DNA of 64,000 nucleotides from Octopus bimaculoides (taxonomy: Eukaryota), in NCBI RefSeq assembly GCF_001194135.2, contig NC_068996.1, positions 37,816,095 to 37,880,094 of the forward strand, given 5' to 3'. This document shows positions 51,177 to 63,771 of this stretch, one piece after another; position 1 is the stretch's first letter; every line of letters starts with the position of its first letter. The position numbers and the translations under genes are program-made. The notes under the pieces are model-generated. The model saw only the letters and a list, made by a program, of their open reading frames with translations. It searched no databases and was not told the DNA's origin.

Positions 51177-52624
51177 CACTGGCTCAGAGAATTGGAAAAG
51201 GTGATTGTTAACAAGTGTTTCGCCAGTATTTAGATGATGGTTGCTGATCCTACCAATATCGATAAATAGATATTGGTAGGAAGAGTAAAACTACTTTTGT
51301 TTTGCAGGACGTACTGAAACATATTTGCAATTATTAAGAAAGATTTCTGTAGAGAAAGAAAGATTGAAAAAAAATAATAAACTGATGAGCAGGGGTTATA
51401 GTTAGCGGTTTGGGAAGTAATGGAAGCGACAAGGACTTTGCATGAAGTGATCGTTGTATATAAATATGTGTGGAGCGAGACAAGCAGAATCGAAGAAGAA
51501 AATTTGGAGAAGAAAATTTTGTCTTGGATGTGCATTGCGGAATTGGATGCAAAGCGGGCACCAAACGTGGAAGCGCTACTGTTTACAGAGCTACTCTTGT
51601 TAAGAAGTAGTGAGTAGAAGGATTCTTCAAAGTTTACAGAGATCCTCTTGGCAAGAAAGCAAAAGGATCCGTTGCAATTTAGAAGGAGGGATTGCAGGTT
51701 CTGATCATGTATGCATTAAAACATCTTTTACTTTTTGAATAGTTCGGTAGTCTTGTAAGAATTCCATTCCTTAAGTAAATAATGGTATTTTTTTTTTGCA
51801 GTTATTGAATACATACTTTTCGTCTGTGTTACTGCACCCTGTTCACCTTTCTGGACACTGCTGCATTCTGCTGTTTCCTGCTTCCCCCTCGTGCACCCTG
51901 GTACACGGATGTTGCTGCTACTGCTCAGAAGTATGTGAACCACTTGGATCTTTTTGGTTACGACATGCAATTGTTTGAGGGACATAAAGCGACATACTAC
52001 AAAGAATGGTTTTGGCCATCTACTGATGCTACTACGTAAGGATGAAAGGTGAAGAATATTTTCTGCTAGAGAAATTAACGTAAAACTGACTTGAAATGAC
52101 ATCGTATCTGGGGTTTGGTAGAATTTTTCTGCAAAATCTGGGCGTGTTACGTGTTGGTGTTATTTAGTTGACTCGTATGATCCGATAGGTGTAAAGGCAG
52201 TGATAGTTTGGACAAGAAATGTAAAAGCGGTCACGGCCGTTTGCAATGCCGATGTATCGGTCAAGGACATGTGTAGGCAGCGACGCTATTTTTTGTAGAG
52301 AGTTCTGGATGGTAAAAACTTAAGTTTCTGCTCTGCAATGTCTGCGTGGGAGCAGTGCCAATTCCTAAAGAAATTGGTTAATATTAAACGTCAGCAAAGA
52401 TTATGATTTCGAAAGAGGATTGAAGCAAGGTAGATGTCCTCGATATAGAACGGAATACAGTTGAGCAGTTTGTTGATGGTTGGAGGAGTTCAGAGAGCAA
52501 CAAAAACAGCAGATTAATCTTAAGAGAAAGAAGGGAAGCATAGAAGAAAGAAACTGGAAGACTCTGTTACTGAAAGAGAAATGGGTAGTGGAGGGTTGGA
52601 GGGTATAACTCAGATAAAACATAA

Positions 52625-52719
<95 letters not shown>

Positions 52720-53398
52720 TATATATATCTATAAATGCGTGGAGTTGCGTATTGCGTGTTGGATTGCAAAGTCCCCAAGAAACTTTCAAAGCGAGACGAT
52801 ATTCTATGCTAACTTGGAGCCTGATATACAGACATATAAATAGAAACTTTGAAAAGCAATATTTAAACTATGCAGTTGGAAAGTTGAAAAAAAAAATAAC
52901 TATGGTAATATAATCTAAGATTATATCATACATCCATATTATATCACACTTTAGTGTATAAATCTTCACAAAACGAATAGAGTATGCATTTAAGAACAAC
53001 GATAAATATGTGTCTGCGCTCTTATTGCGCGATAAAAAATATTGAGTGCCACACAGCGTATGTGGAGCGTTACTCAGATAGCAAGTAGCTGCACTGATAT
53101 GGCATCTAGATACTAGCATCGTGTGAGTCATAAAGTGCTTCGAAAAAATGTGCACAAGGGAAGGGTGAGGTGAAGGGCCCAGATGGAGCACGTATATGAA
53201 ATGCATGTACACTTTCAAAAACTGGTTTTTGCGGGCTTGCATGCAACGCCAAAAGTTTCCCATACTAAAATCCAATAATGCTTAAGGTTTAAAAGATATT
53301 TCCGTTTTTGTATTTTGATTTGCAAGATTTTTTTTACGTGAACTGGTGTGCTGAAACAACAAAGTCAAGATACTGCAAAACCTGTTTCAAAAGATTAT

Positions 53399-53450
53399 GG
53401 GAGGGTCATTATACCAATAATAAAGTCACGTACTGGTTCTGTTTCACTTC

Positions 53451-53483
<33 letters not shown>

Positions 53484-53885
53484 ACAATTGATTAGCCTAT
53501 CTTGTTGATTGACCAAACACATAATCAAACAATCCATAGATAAATTTGTTAAATAAAAGGCGATTTGTTTCTCTTGGGAGGGTCATTATGCCCATAATAA
53601 GCACACGCACTGGTTTTGTTATACTTCTTTCATTATTATTAGCCAATTGGTTAACCTCCCTGATTGAGTGACCAAACAATTAAATAATCAAGTGGTTAAT
53701 TTTTTAAATAAATGACGATTTGTTGATTCTTGGGAAGGTCATTATGCCAATAATAAACACACACACTGGTTCTGTTTAACTTCTCTTATTATTATTTGTT
53801 AATTGATTAGCCTACCTGATTGAACTGACAGAAAAATTAACCAAGCAATCAATTAGTTAAATTTTCTTTTAATAAATGATGATTC
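53399..53885. repeat. Three-copy tandem repeat, 156-177 bp unit
   Basis: ggga.ggtcattat.cc.ataata starts at 53399, 53576 and 53732. Confidence 0.9.
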
Positions 53886-54402
53886 TAAACAGCCATAGCT
53901 ATTCAGAATCACGACGGAGAACGAATGGAGTCATTGATGACTCTATTCAATGCATGTAATATTCTGCTTCTTTCAAGAACACTATTAATTCACGAAACGT
54001 GGCGGACAAATTAGCTATCTTGGATAAAATCCTTGAAAAAGTCAAAGCTCTCTATAGCATTTATTGATTTGATTTTTGATTGTCAGGTAAGAAGTTTGTT
54101 TCCCAACTGAGTTCACTTCCACAGTTTGGCACCTTGGGCAAAGGTGTTCTACTATAGTTCTGGGCCGACCAAAGCCTTGTCAGTGGATTTGGAAAACAAA
54201 AACTGAAAGAAGCCCGTTGTGTACACATACACACACGCGCGCGTGCGTGTGTACGTGGGTGTGTAAAATGACAAAGGAACGGGAAATTGAGCAGTGAACT
54301 TATTATTTAATTTCATATTACACAACTAATGCTTTTTCTGAAATATATTCATATTAAGTTCTAACAGTAGGTTATTAGTATCACTATGCCTAAGAAAACA
54401 TC

Positions 54403-54441
<39 letters not shown>

Positions 54442-54444
<3 letters not shown>

Positions 54445-55543
54445 GGGTTTGAGAAAATAATGGAAATACCTTAAAATTTCAAACAAATTTATCCTAATAT
54501 GGGGTAGGACCGCCTTTGGCAGGAATTACAGCTTGAATTCTACGGGGTATGGACTCGTACAAAGTTTGAATTGTTTCCAAAAGAATTTTTGTCCATTCTT
54601 CAGCTAAAACAGTCTCCAGTTCTTGTAGTGATGATGGTGGAGGATATCGACTCCTTACTTGTTTTTCTAAAATGCACCATAAATGTTCAATNNNNNNNNN
54701 NTACAACTTTAGCTGTGTGAATTGGTGCCTTATCATCCTGAAAGATTGCGTTTCTCTCCGGAAACAGTTCCACAACCATAGGATGAATTTGATCAGATAA
54801 AATGCTTAAATAGTCTTGACTATTAATTCTACCATGAAGGGAAACCATTGAGCCGGCAGATATCCAAGATATAGCCCCCCAGATCATCACAGATCCTCCT
54901 GCATGTTTAACAGTTGGAAGAAGACAGTGTGGGTCAAATGCTTCTTTTGGCTGTCTCCACACGTATACTCGGCCGGTGATCGGAAATAAGGTAAAGTACA
55001 ACTCGTCTGAGAAAAGAACATTCTTCCACTGCTCTAGGGACTAATTCTGTAGGTTTTTACTCCACTCTAAACGCTTTGCAACGTTTGTTTTCTGATTGCA
55101 GTCCTCTGATTGTTTTCTGATTGTAACCCTCTCGTGAAATCCGGCTTTATGCAGCTCCCGGTGAGCAGTTTTTGTGAGCAGTAATTTCGGGAGCTGTACT
55201 TTTGTGATCCTTTCTAACAATTCGTGTTAGAGTCCGACGGTCCCTATCTGAAAGTTTTGGTCTTCTTCCGGAGTTTTGTTTCGACAAGGAGGTTTTTTCC
55301 CTCTTTCTCAAAGGCTGTCATTAATTTTGAGACAGTACTTCTTGATACACCAAACATTTCGGCTGTTTTCGTGACGCTAGCGCCTCCCACACGAGCACCA
55401 ACAATTTGACCTCTTTGAAAGTCCGTCATTTTAATGAATTTTAATTACCTTTTTTGATATCTGAAAAGAAACAGCAATTTTAGCAAAACATATTAAGCAA
55501 CACTATTAATAAATCAAAAAACAAAAATAAACAATCTCTTGAC
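54442..55543 (-). mobile_element. Tc1-family transposon, decayed, one end lost in a gap
   Basis: MTDFQRGQIVGAR..., VKHAGGSVMIWGAIS, FQDDKAPIHTAK, IEHLW.ILEKQV and YESIPRRIQAVI.AKGGPTPY; TA|CAGGGG terminus at 54442. Confidence 0.92.
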
Positions 55544-56450
55544 NNNNNNNNNNNNNNNNNNNNNNNNNNNNNNNNNNNNNNNNNNNNNNNNNNNNNNNNN
55601 NNNNNNNNNNNNNNNNNNNNNNNNNNNNNNNNNNNNNNNNNNNNNNNNNNNNNNNNNNNNNNNNNNNNNNNNNNNNNNNNNNNNNNNNNNNNNNNNNNNN
55701 NNNNNNNNNNNNNNNNNNNNNNNNNNNNNNNNNNNNNNNNNNNNNNNNNNNNNNNNNNNNNNNNNNNNNNNNNNNNNNNNNNNNNNNNNNNNNNNNNNNN
55801 NNNNNNNNNNNNNNNNNNNNNNNNNNNNNNNNNNNNNNNNNNNNNNNNNNNNNNNNNNNNNNNNNNNNNNNNNNNNNNNNNNNNNNNNNNNNNNNNNNNN
55901 NNNNNNNNNNNNNNNNNNNNNNNNNNNNNNNNNNNNNNNNNNNNNNNNNNNNNNNNNNNNNNNNNNNNNNNNNNNNNNNNNNNNNNNNNNNNNNNNNNNN
56001 NNNNNNNNNNNNNNNNNNNNNNNNNNNNNNNNNNNNNNNNNNNNNNNNNNNNNNNNNNNNNNNNNNNNNNNNNNNNNNNNNNNNNNNNNNNNNNNNNNNN
56101 NNNNNNNNNNNNNNNNNNNNNNNNNNNNNNNNNNNNNNNNNNNNNNNNNNNNNNNNNNNNNNNNNNNNNNNNNNNNNNNNNNNNNNNNNNNNNNNNNNNN
56201 NNNNNNNNNNNNNNNNNNNNNNNNNNNNNNNNNNNNNNNNNNNNNNNNNNNNNNNNNNNNNNNNTAGTTCAATGAGTGAAACAAGTAAAAGGTAAAAGAA
56301 AGAATACATGTTGGCTTGTATTTATCGTACATCATGAATACATTCGAACGCAAGTATGCTAATCGTTGCTGCGTTTCGTCACAGGAGAACAACTTCACCT
56401 TTACGCCGACTACGTGTTCATAATACACTCAGTATATTTGTACAAGGAAA

Positions 56451-56494
56451 TCTGGAACATCGGTGTTTCGACATGTTGTGTCGCGTCAGACAGA
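56451..56494 (-). ncRNA. Minimal hammerhead-like motif with A9C change
   Basis: Minus strand TCTGT-CTGACGC-GACA caaca TGTC-GAAA-CA ccga TG-TT-CCAGA. Confidence 0.55.
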
Positions 56495-56882
56495 AATAAC
56501 TTTGCTTCAATGAATATAATAAAAGCCGATGGTCTTGTTTGTGATTTCAGTGAACAAACTATTTGCTGATCGGTGCTGATACTTGCCAACCTATAATGAA
56601 GATCGTCTGCATGCTGAACAGCAAGATTTCTTAACTATGACTTGTACATATTTATTCCTGATGCGCTCTGGCAGAATCGTAACGCAATGAAATTCTTTTT
56701 ATATGATATTTTAACGATATTTCTTTCTTTCATTTTCGTAAAAGAGTTATTTTTGTTTAAGTACTTGTTTTGCAAGATTCTTGATGTGAAATCGTGTGTT
56801 GAAACAGATATTGTTATAAATGGAGATGATCGTTTTTGCCAATAAACGCACACACTATTTATTTGATCATCACCTTAGCTTT

Positions 56883-56917
<35 letters not shown>

Positions 56918-56925
56918 TACTGCTA

Positions 56926-56986
<61 letters not shown>

Positions 56987-56997
56987 CATTATTATTA

Positions 56998-57068
<71 letters not shown>

Positions 57069-57175
57069 TGTCAGAGTACTTTCGTCACTCATTGAGAGAA
57101 GAAGAGACACCAGAAGCAACAGAAAGTTACTGAAGAAATCACAGAAAGCGTGATGAAAGAACTCTAAGAAATAAC

Positions 57176-57237
<62 letters not shown>

Positions 57238-57867
57238 TGACGATAATGACGGTCGCTTCCGTCGGTTTCGACGTAGGAGTGAAGGAGAGGATTAATGTTA
57301 AAGCGAGTAATAGAAAGAAAGAAAGAAACAAACAAACAAACAAAAAGAAAGAAAGAAAACCATTAAGAAGCTGCATCTGTTTGCGATGGATACAGTAATG
57401 TGATTTCAGTGCAGGTATGGATTTTGCTATGAAGTCGAAATGGGGACATTGATAATTTTGATTTTGCCTGGAATTGGGCAAATATGTCTGTTGATATAGT
57501 TCTTCTATTGTTCTTTTTCTTCAACTCAAATTGTCTTGATGCATCATGTCACATTTTACGCCATGCAGACCAATCTAAGCAATGACTTTCCCAAGATGTC
57601 AAGTTAAGCTGTAGAGATTTTAACTTATCCTTATACCTAAGAACAGGTCTTCCTTTGACGAGATATCCCTCCATTTGTTGGTCATAGAGAACGATTTTCG
57701 GAATGCGCTCATTTTTCATTCAAACAACATGTCCTATCCATCTTCACTGAATTTTCGTCAGCATGCTTTCTATACTAGAGAAATCACCTATTTCTGAGAT
57801 TTTGTCATTGGATATCTTATCTTGCCAGCTTATGCTGCATATGTTGCGCAAGATCAACTAAATATTG

Positions 57868-58625
57868 CGTGGCTGTGTGGTAAGTAGCTTGCTTACAAAC
57901 CGTGTGGTTCCGAGTTCAGTCCCACTGCGTGGCACCTTGGGCAAGTGTCTTCTACTATAGCCTCGGGCCGACCAAAGCCTTGTGAGTGGATTTGGTTGGC
58001 GGAAACTGAAAGAAGCCCGTCGTATATATGTAAAGTCTGTCATACCGGCCATGACGAAGGAAAATAGCCCTGAAACTCGAGTCGCCTTTATATATATATA
58101 TTTATATTTATATATTTGATCCTTTATATTGAACACTCAATATTTCATCTACATTCAATACTTTCTTTCATGGTGCCATCCATTTTTATTTTATTTTATT
58201 TTATATTGTATATTGTATATTATATTATATATTGTATATTCCATATTCTATACTCCACATTGCTTCTGCAGGAATATAAATAAAACATAAAAAACAGACA
58301 GTGTTGGAACTCTTTTAAACTAAATAATATATTCCTCTATACACAATCATACAAAAAACCCCACCTTTTTTGTATTTATTTTTACTCGCATATATATATA
58401 TATATCAACTTTAAATAGAGCTCAAAATTGATCCGTTATATATATATATATGAATTCGTGTGTATATGTTGTGTATCTGTATTTGTCCCCCCAACATCGC
58501 TTGACAACTGATGCTGGTGTGTTTATGTCCCCGTAACCTAGCGGTTCGGCAAAGATTCGACTAAAGGTGGTGCTCCAGCATGGCCGCAGTCAAATAACTG
58601 TAAAAAGTAAAAGAATAAAGGAAAA
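57868..58625 (+). mobile_element. SINE family A split by a ~430-bp insertion
   Basis: 5' half 57868-58030 and 3' half ~58470-58625. Confidence 0.75.
58047..58086 (+). ncRNA. Minimal hammerhead-like motif with a 1-nt core insertion
   Basis: GGC-C(a)TGACGA-AGG aaaatagc CCT-GAAA; palindromic ACTCGAGT; triplet GUC; GCC. Confidence 0.6.
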
Positions 58626-58941
58626 GAAAATCCCCGAATATAAGAATAATTTTAGTGTTGTCTTAAATACTTCGAGGAAATACTTAGAGACTTATACATT
58701 GGCTTATCGTCATTTCACATCAGTAGGATAACGGGTTCAGTGGTGACCGGATGACATGTCGATTGTTTCACACGGAGGTGTTTGAAAGATAATTGAAGGT
58801 ACAAATCTACAACACATTCGAGGCACAAATTACAACAGTAGATGTCTAATAACAACTGCAATGACTTTGGATAAACATCAAATACAAATATAGGACCTGT
58901 GTGTATATATATAAATAATGTCTAACTGGATATATATATGT

Positions 58942-59041
<100 letters not shown>

Positions 59042-59105
59042 GTGCCAGAAGTGTTACAACATATTGGACGGCCTTCGAGTATCTATCTCTCTCTCTCTCT
59101 GTCTG

Positions 59106-59157
<52 letters not shown>

Positions 59158-59239
59158 ATATATATATATTATACCGCGCGCGCGCACTGGCATTGGTGGT
59201 AGTGGTGGTGGTGGTGGCAGTAGCAGTAATAATACTACA

Positions 59240-59273
<34 letters not shown>

Positions 59274-59584
59274 GTAGTAGTAGTAGTAGTAGCAGAAGCA
59301 ACAGCAGGAGCAGCTGCAGCTGCAGTACTTCTACTGTCGGTGTTGAGTTGCAGTCCATGTTGGGGCTGCTCGAGCATCATCAGCAACATTNNNNNNNNNN
59401 NNNNNNNNNNNNNNNNNNNNNNNNNNNNNNNNNNNNNNNNNNNNNNNNNNNNNNNNNNNNNNNNNNNNNNNNNNNNNNNNNNNNTATCATCACAACTACA
59501 ACTACCACCACCACTACTACCATCCTCACCCCCCACACTACTACTACTACTACTACTACTACAACTACTAATACTACTACTACT

Positions 59585-59643
<59 letters not shown>

Positions 59644-59989
59644 GGATAATACAACCACCACCAACAACACTACTAAAAAGAGCAACTCTACCATCACCTT
59701 AACAACACCCATCACAACTACTACCACACCACACCACACCACGAAGAACATCACCACTAACAACTTCAACACTACCAACGAACATCACTCACATCACCAC
59801 CACCAGCTCCACCAGCACCACCACCGCCGCCACACCACCACCAACAACAGCGACTACAAACAACAGCTTTATCACCAACAGTCGCCGCACCCTCACAGCT
59901 ACGCCATCATAAATGTTATTTTCAGTAAAACAGCCATTAGATAAGATTCAACAAATGTTATCAATTCAAATACTTTCTGTTATTGACAG

Positions 59990-61236
59990 GTATCGACTGG
60001 ATTTCGCTGATATGCCAGTGTAGACCTGATCAAACCGCATCGGGTCATCCAGATCGTATCTAGGTAGGGTATTCTGTAGAGTAGCAGATAAGGATAGCCT
60101 AAGCTGTCCACAATTTAAAGTAGTCGACTACACAGATCACAAATCCGTGATCAGTACAGTCGACTTAGATAGGTTTCATAGACAGGGACCCGGCTACTGG
60201 AAACTGAACACGTCGTTGCCGACGCGTAAAGATTTCAGATACCGGGTTAGTGAACTAGTTGAAGGCGGCAATAATCTAGAATAAATGATGGTTCGCCCTG
60301 AAAAGGGCGATTAGAATAGAAGTGATAAGGTCTTGCAGAGGACTATCAGTAGAAAGAAACAGAGTAGGGGCAGAACTAGTCAAAAAGTTTGATGAGGCTT
60401 TTAGGAAAGGCATCGCGACCGACGTGCTCGCAGCGAAACTGGCACTCGACCAATTCTTCAACGCGAAACACGAAGGTTGCGTTGTCAGAGCTAAGGCATG
60501 AGCACTTAGACACGAAGGGACGAAAGCCGTTGAATGGGCCCGAGTGACTGAGGCACAGCGCGGCAATAAATCCTCGAACCGATCCTTGCCGGACCACGAC
60601 GGACAAATGATAACTGATCTGAGACATATGTACGGCCTTTCAGCAGCGCTTTGCTCAACTGTTCGGGAGAAGCAGTGAGCCGGGTCGCAGGACGGATTTC
60701 ACATCCTACCTCAACGGTAGCCTTTGAAATACGAGAAGCATTGGCTAGTTGCACGAGGGGTAAATCGCCTGGTTTGGCTGGTCTGCTCTACGAGCTTTAC
60801 GCTTACATGTCAGACTTGTTCGGCGACGTCTTAGGAAATGATTACTGCAATTGGCAAGAGAATGGGAGAATTCCCAGTTTTGTGAGCAGTGGAATGGTGA
60901 CGTTGCTGAGAAAAGACCAGAACAAGGAGGAATGTGTTGACAACCTTAGGCCCATAACTCTGCTGAATACAGTGTTCAAACTTTTGGCCAAGATGTTAGC
61001 TACGAGGTTGGCGCTTGTTGTCGGGGATCTGGTAGGGGAAGCACAGACCTGCGCCATGCCGAAAAGATCAATGCACGACAACCTCCACCTCATACGACAT
61101 ATCATTGAGAAAGTGGTTAAAGAACCTGGCACGTGTGGGGCCCTGATCAATTTTGATCAGTCTAAAGCTTTCGATAGATTCGACCATCTATACCTGGCGG
61201 CGGTCCTCAAAGTAGCTGATTTCGAACCTGTATTCA
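59990..61236 (+). mobile_element. Tx1/L1-like LINE ORF2 fragment (end of endonuclease to RT), truncated by a gap
   Basis: DYTDHKSV, GPGYWKLNTS, GKSPGLAGL.YELY, NLRPITLLNTVFKLLAKMLA.RL, EAQTCAMP.RSMHDN and INFDQSKAFDR.DH. Confidence 0.93.
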
Positions 61237-61357
61237 NNNNNNNNNNNNNNNNNNNNNNNNNNNNNNNNNNNNNNNNNNNNNNNNNNNNNNNNNNNNNNNN
61301 NNNNNNNNNNNNNNNNNNNNNNNNNNNNNNNNNNNNNNNNNNNNNNNNNNNNNNNNN

Positions 61358-61390
<33 letters not shown>

Positions 61391-61407
61391 CTATCGGTCT
61401 GTCTGTC

Positions 61408-61537
<130 letters not shown>

Positions 61538-61632
61538 CCTATCTATCTAGCTAGCTAGCCAGCTATCTACACACACTTCTATGTGCGCGTGTCTGAATTG
61601 TACATATATACATACATGCATGCATACATACA

Positions 61633-61664
<32 letters not shown>

Positions 61665-62426
61665 CACACACACACACACATACATATATATATATACATA
61701 TGTACATACGTGCACACATGCACAACACACACGCATACGCGCACACACGCACCCGCACACACACACACACACACATATATACATACATAGCACACACACA
61801 CATATATATATGCATACATAGCGCACACACGCATACACTCAAAAACGCATACATACACACACACACACACACTTACGCGCACACATACATAATTGTATTA
61901 CCATATGTACGCCTGCCGTGGTTATTTATTTTTATAGAATCACAGGTCATGCAAGTATTTGAAAAAGTGACATTTTTCAAATAGGATGAAAGGAAGTTAA
62001 TTGTTTACATTGGCTGAATGACGAGGAAATCCTGGTTTCTGGTTCTTGTTTAACCCTGAGACATCTCTTATGGAGGAAGCAGACCTTCCATCAAAACGTA
62101 TTCCAGTCCTTGACAGGCAATTTTTGCTCGAAGCATACTGTATCCAGGATAATAGTTCCCAATGTTATCCTGCTATCATATTTAAGTCTGTAGGGTGAGA
62201 TATGAGAGAGATTTGGCTGCGATTTCTAGCAGTTCATGCGACCACGGAGAAGTTTCTTCCTGGTTGTTATCATTGATATTGTTGTTGCTGTTGTTATTGT
62301 TGTTATTGTTGTTGCTGTGGTGATTATTGTTGTTGACGATAGCGGTGATAACGATGAAAACCACGACGACGACAAAAATGGCATCAACGATTACGATGAT
62401 GGTGATGATGATGATGATGATGATCA

Positions 62427-62461
<35 letters not shown>

Positions 62462-62780
62462 CGACGACGACGACGACGACAGTAATGATGGTGTCGGTGG
62501 TGGTGGTGATGATGGTGATGATGATGACGAAAACGACGACAGTGGTGACGATGGTGAAAATGATGATGATGACGACTACGACGACCATTACGTCGATGAT
62601 GATGATGAGGAGGAGGAGGAGGAGGAGGAAAGGAAGGAGGAAGAAAAGTTGATGGTGTGTTGACAATGATCATACGACGACGATGATGACGTTGATGAGG
62701 ATGAGAATGATGATGATGATGACGACGACGACGACGACGACAGTGATAATGATATTTTTTTTATTGTTTGGTTATGTCGT

Positions 62781-63240
62781 GGTCGACATATTCAAATGGA
62801 GAATCGTAGGGAGATCCTTGTCATATGTAAATGGATCTAACAAATGCAACTTATGCTTTGCTGAAAGACAGCACATTCTTTTTCGATCAAAGGATTCCGT
62901 TGCACTCCTTAAGTCCAGATCCAAAATTTTTACCAAGTGCAAGAATACGGAGTTTTTTTTCTTTTCTTTTGGCGAACTGGAGAACACCACTCTCTCAGGA
63001 TTGAGCAGCTGTCTCGCAGACTTTGGGCCCCACACTGCTTATCTATTCTTCAACTATTTTAATTATGACTTTTATCGCCCAAGGGGAGGTAACTCCAGTT
63101 TTCTTTCTTTTCCAATTTTTCACCCAACCACTTTTTGCATCAACCTTTTCGTTTTTTCTCGTGATCTTTCGAGATACAAAGCGTGTTATAAAAACCAGCC
63201 TAGATACGTGTCGCCAAAGCAAGAAACTATTAGTAGCTCG
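62781..63240 (+). mobile_element. Penelope-like element 3' end (GIY-YIG endonuclease C-terminus plus 3' flank)
   Basis: IFKWRIVGRSLSYVNGSNKCNLCFAERQHIL...LLKSRSKIFTKCKN matches the IKW.I....Y......C.LC..E...I.....LN.RSE...KCRH pattern. Confidence 0.8.
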
Positions 63241-63314
63241 TATCTTTATACTGTGTATATTAAAAGATACCTATCCCTCACTGGATGGAGTACTAACTAA
63301 CAAAACAGTTAACT

Positions 63315-63700
63315 AGTAGCTGTATGGTACGAAACTTGCTTCCCAGTTTCAGGGTCCCAGATTCAATCCCACTATGTGGAATTTTTGGCAGGTGTCTCTT
63401 AATATAGCCTCGGCCAAATAAACATTGTGAGTGGATTTGATAGACGAAAGCTAAAAGAAGCCAGTCGTGTATGTATATGTAAATGTGTGTGTATATATGT
63501 TCACGCGTGTGTGTGCCTTCATCTCTGTGTTTTTCGCCCACCACCGTTTGAAAACCGGTGTTGGTGTGTTTACGTCTCCGTAAATTAGTTTGTAGAATAA
63601 CTGCAAGGCTTTTAAAAAAATACTGGGGCCGATTCATTCGACTAAAAATACTTGAAGGTGGTGCCCCAGCATGGCCGAAGTCTGATACAAGTAAAGGTAT
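63315..63700 (+). mobile_element. SINE family A, diverged
   Basis: Head, core and ccagcatggcc tail blocks. Confidence 0.8.
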
Positions 63701-63728
63701 ATATCTATCTATCTATCTACATATATAC

Positions 63729-63771
63729 TTCAGGCTGATGACGAGCAAAGACTCAGAAACATGTCCCTGAA
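63729..63771 (+). ncRNA. Minimal type I hammerhead ribozyme, canonical core
   Basis: TTCAGG-CTGATGA-c-GAG caaaga CTC-a-GAAA; palindromic ACATGT; triplet GUC, predicted cut after 63765; CCTGAA (perfect 6-bp stem I). Confidence 0.8.

Noticed and set aside
53399-53885. CRISPR-like periodicity
   Set aside because: Whole units are repeated with no unique spacers, no cas genes, and a eukaryotic context
57060-57100. Minus-strand GAAAGTACTC with a palindrome
   Set aside because: No CUGANGA and no stem I
62182-62750. Poly-His, poly-Asp and poly-Met ORFs
   Set aside because: Translations of mixed GAT/GAC/GGT trinucleotide repeats, with no splice or domain support; the same applies to 59165-59900 and 48850-48960
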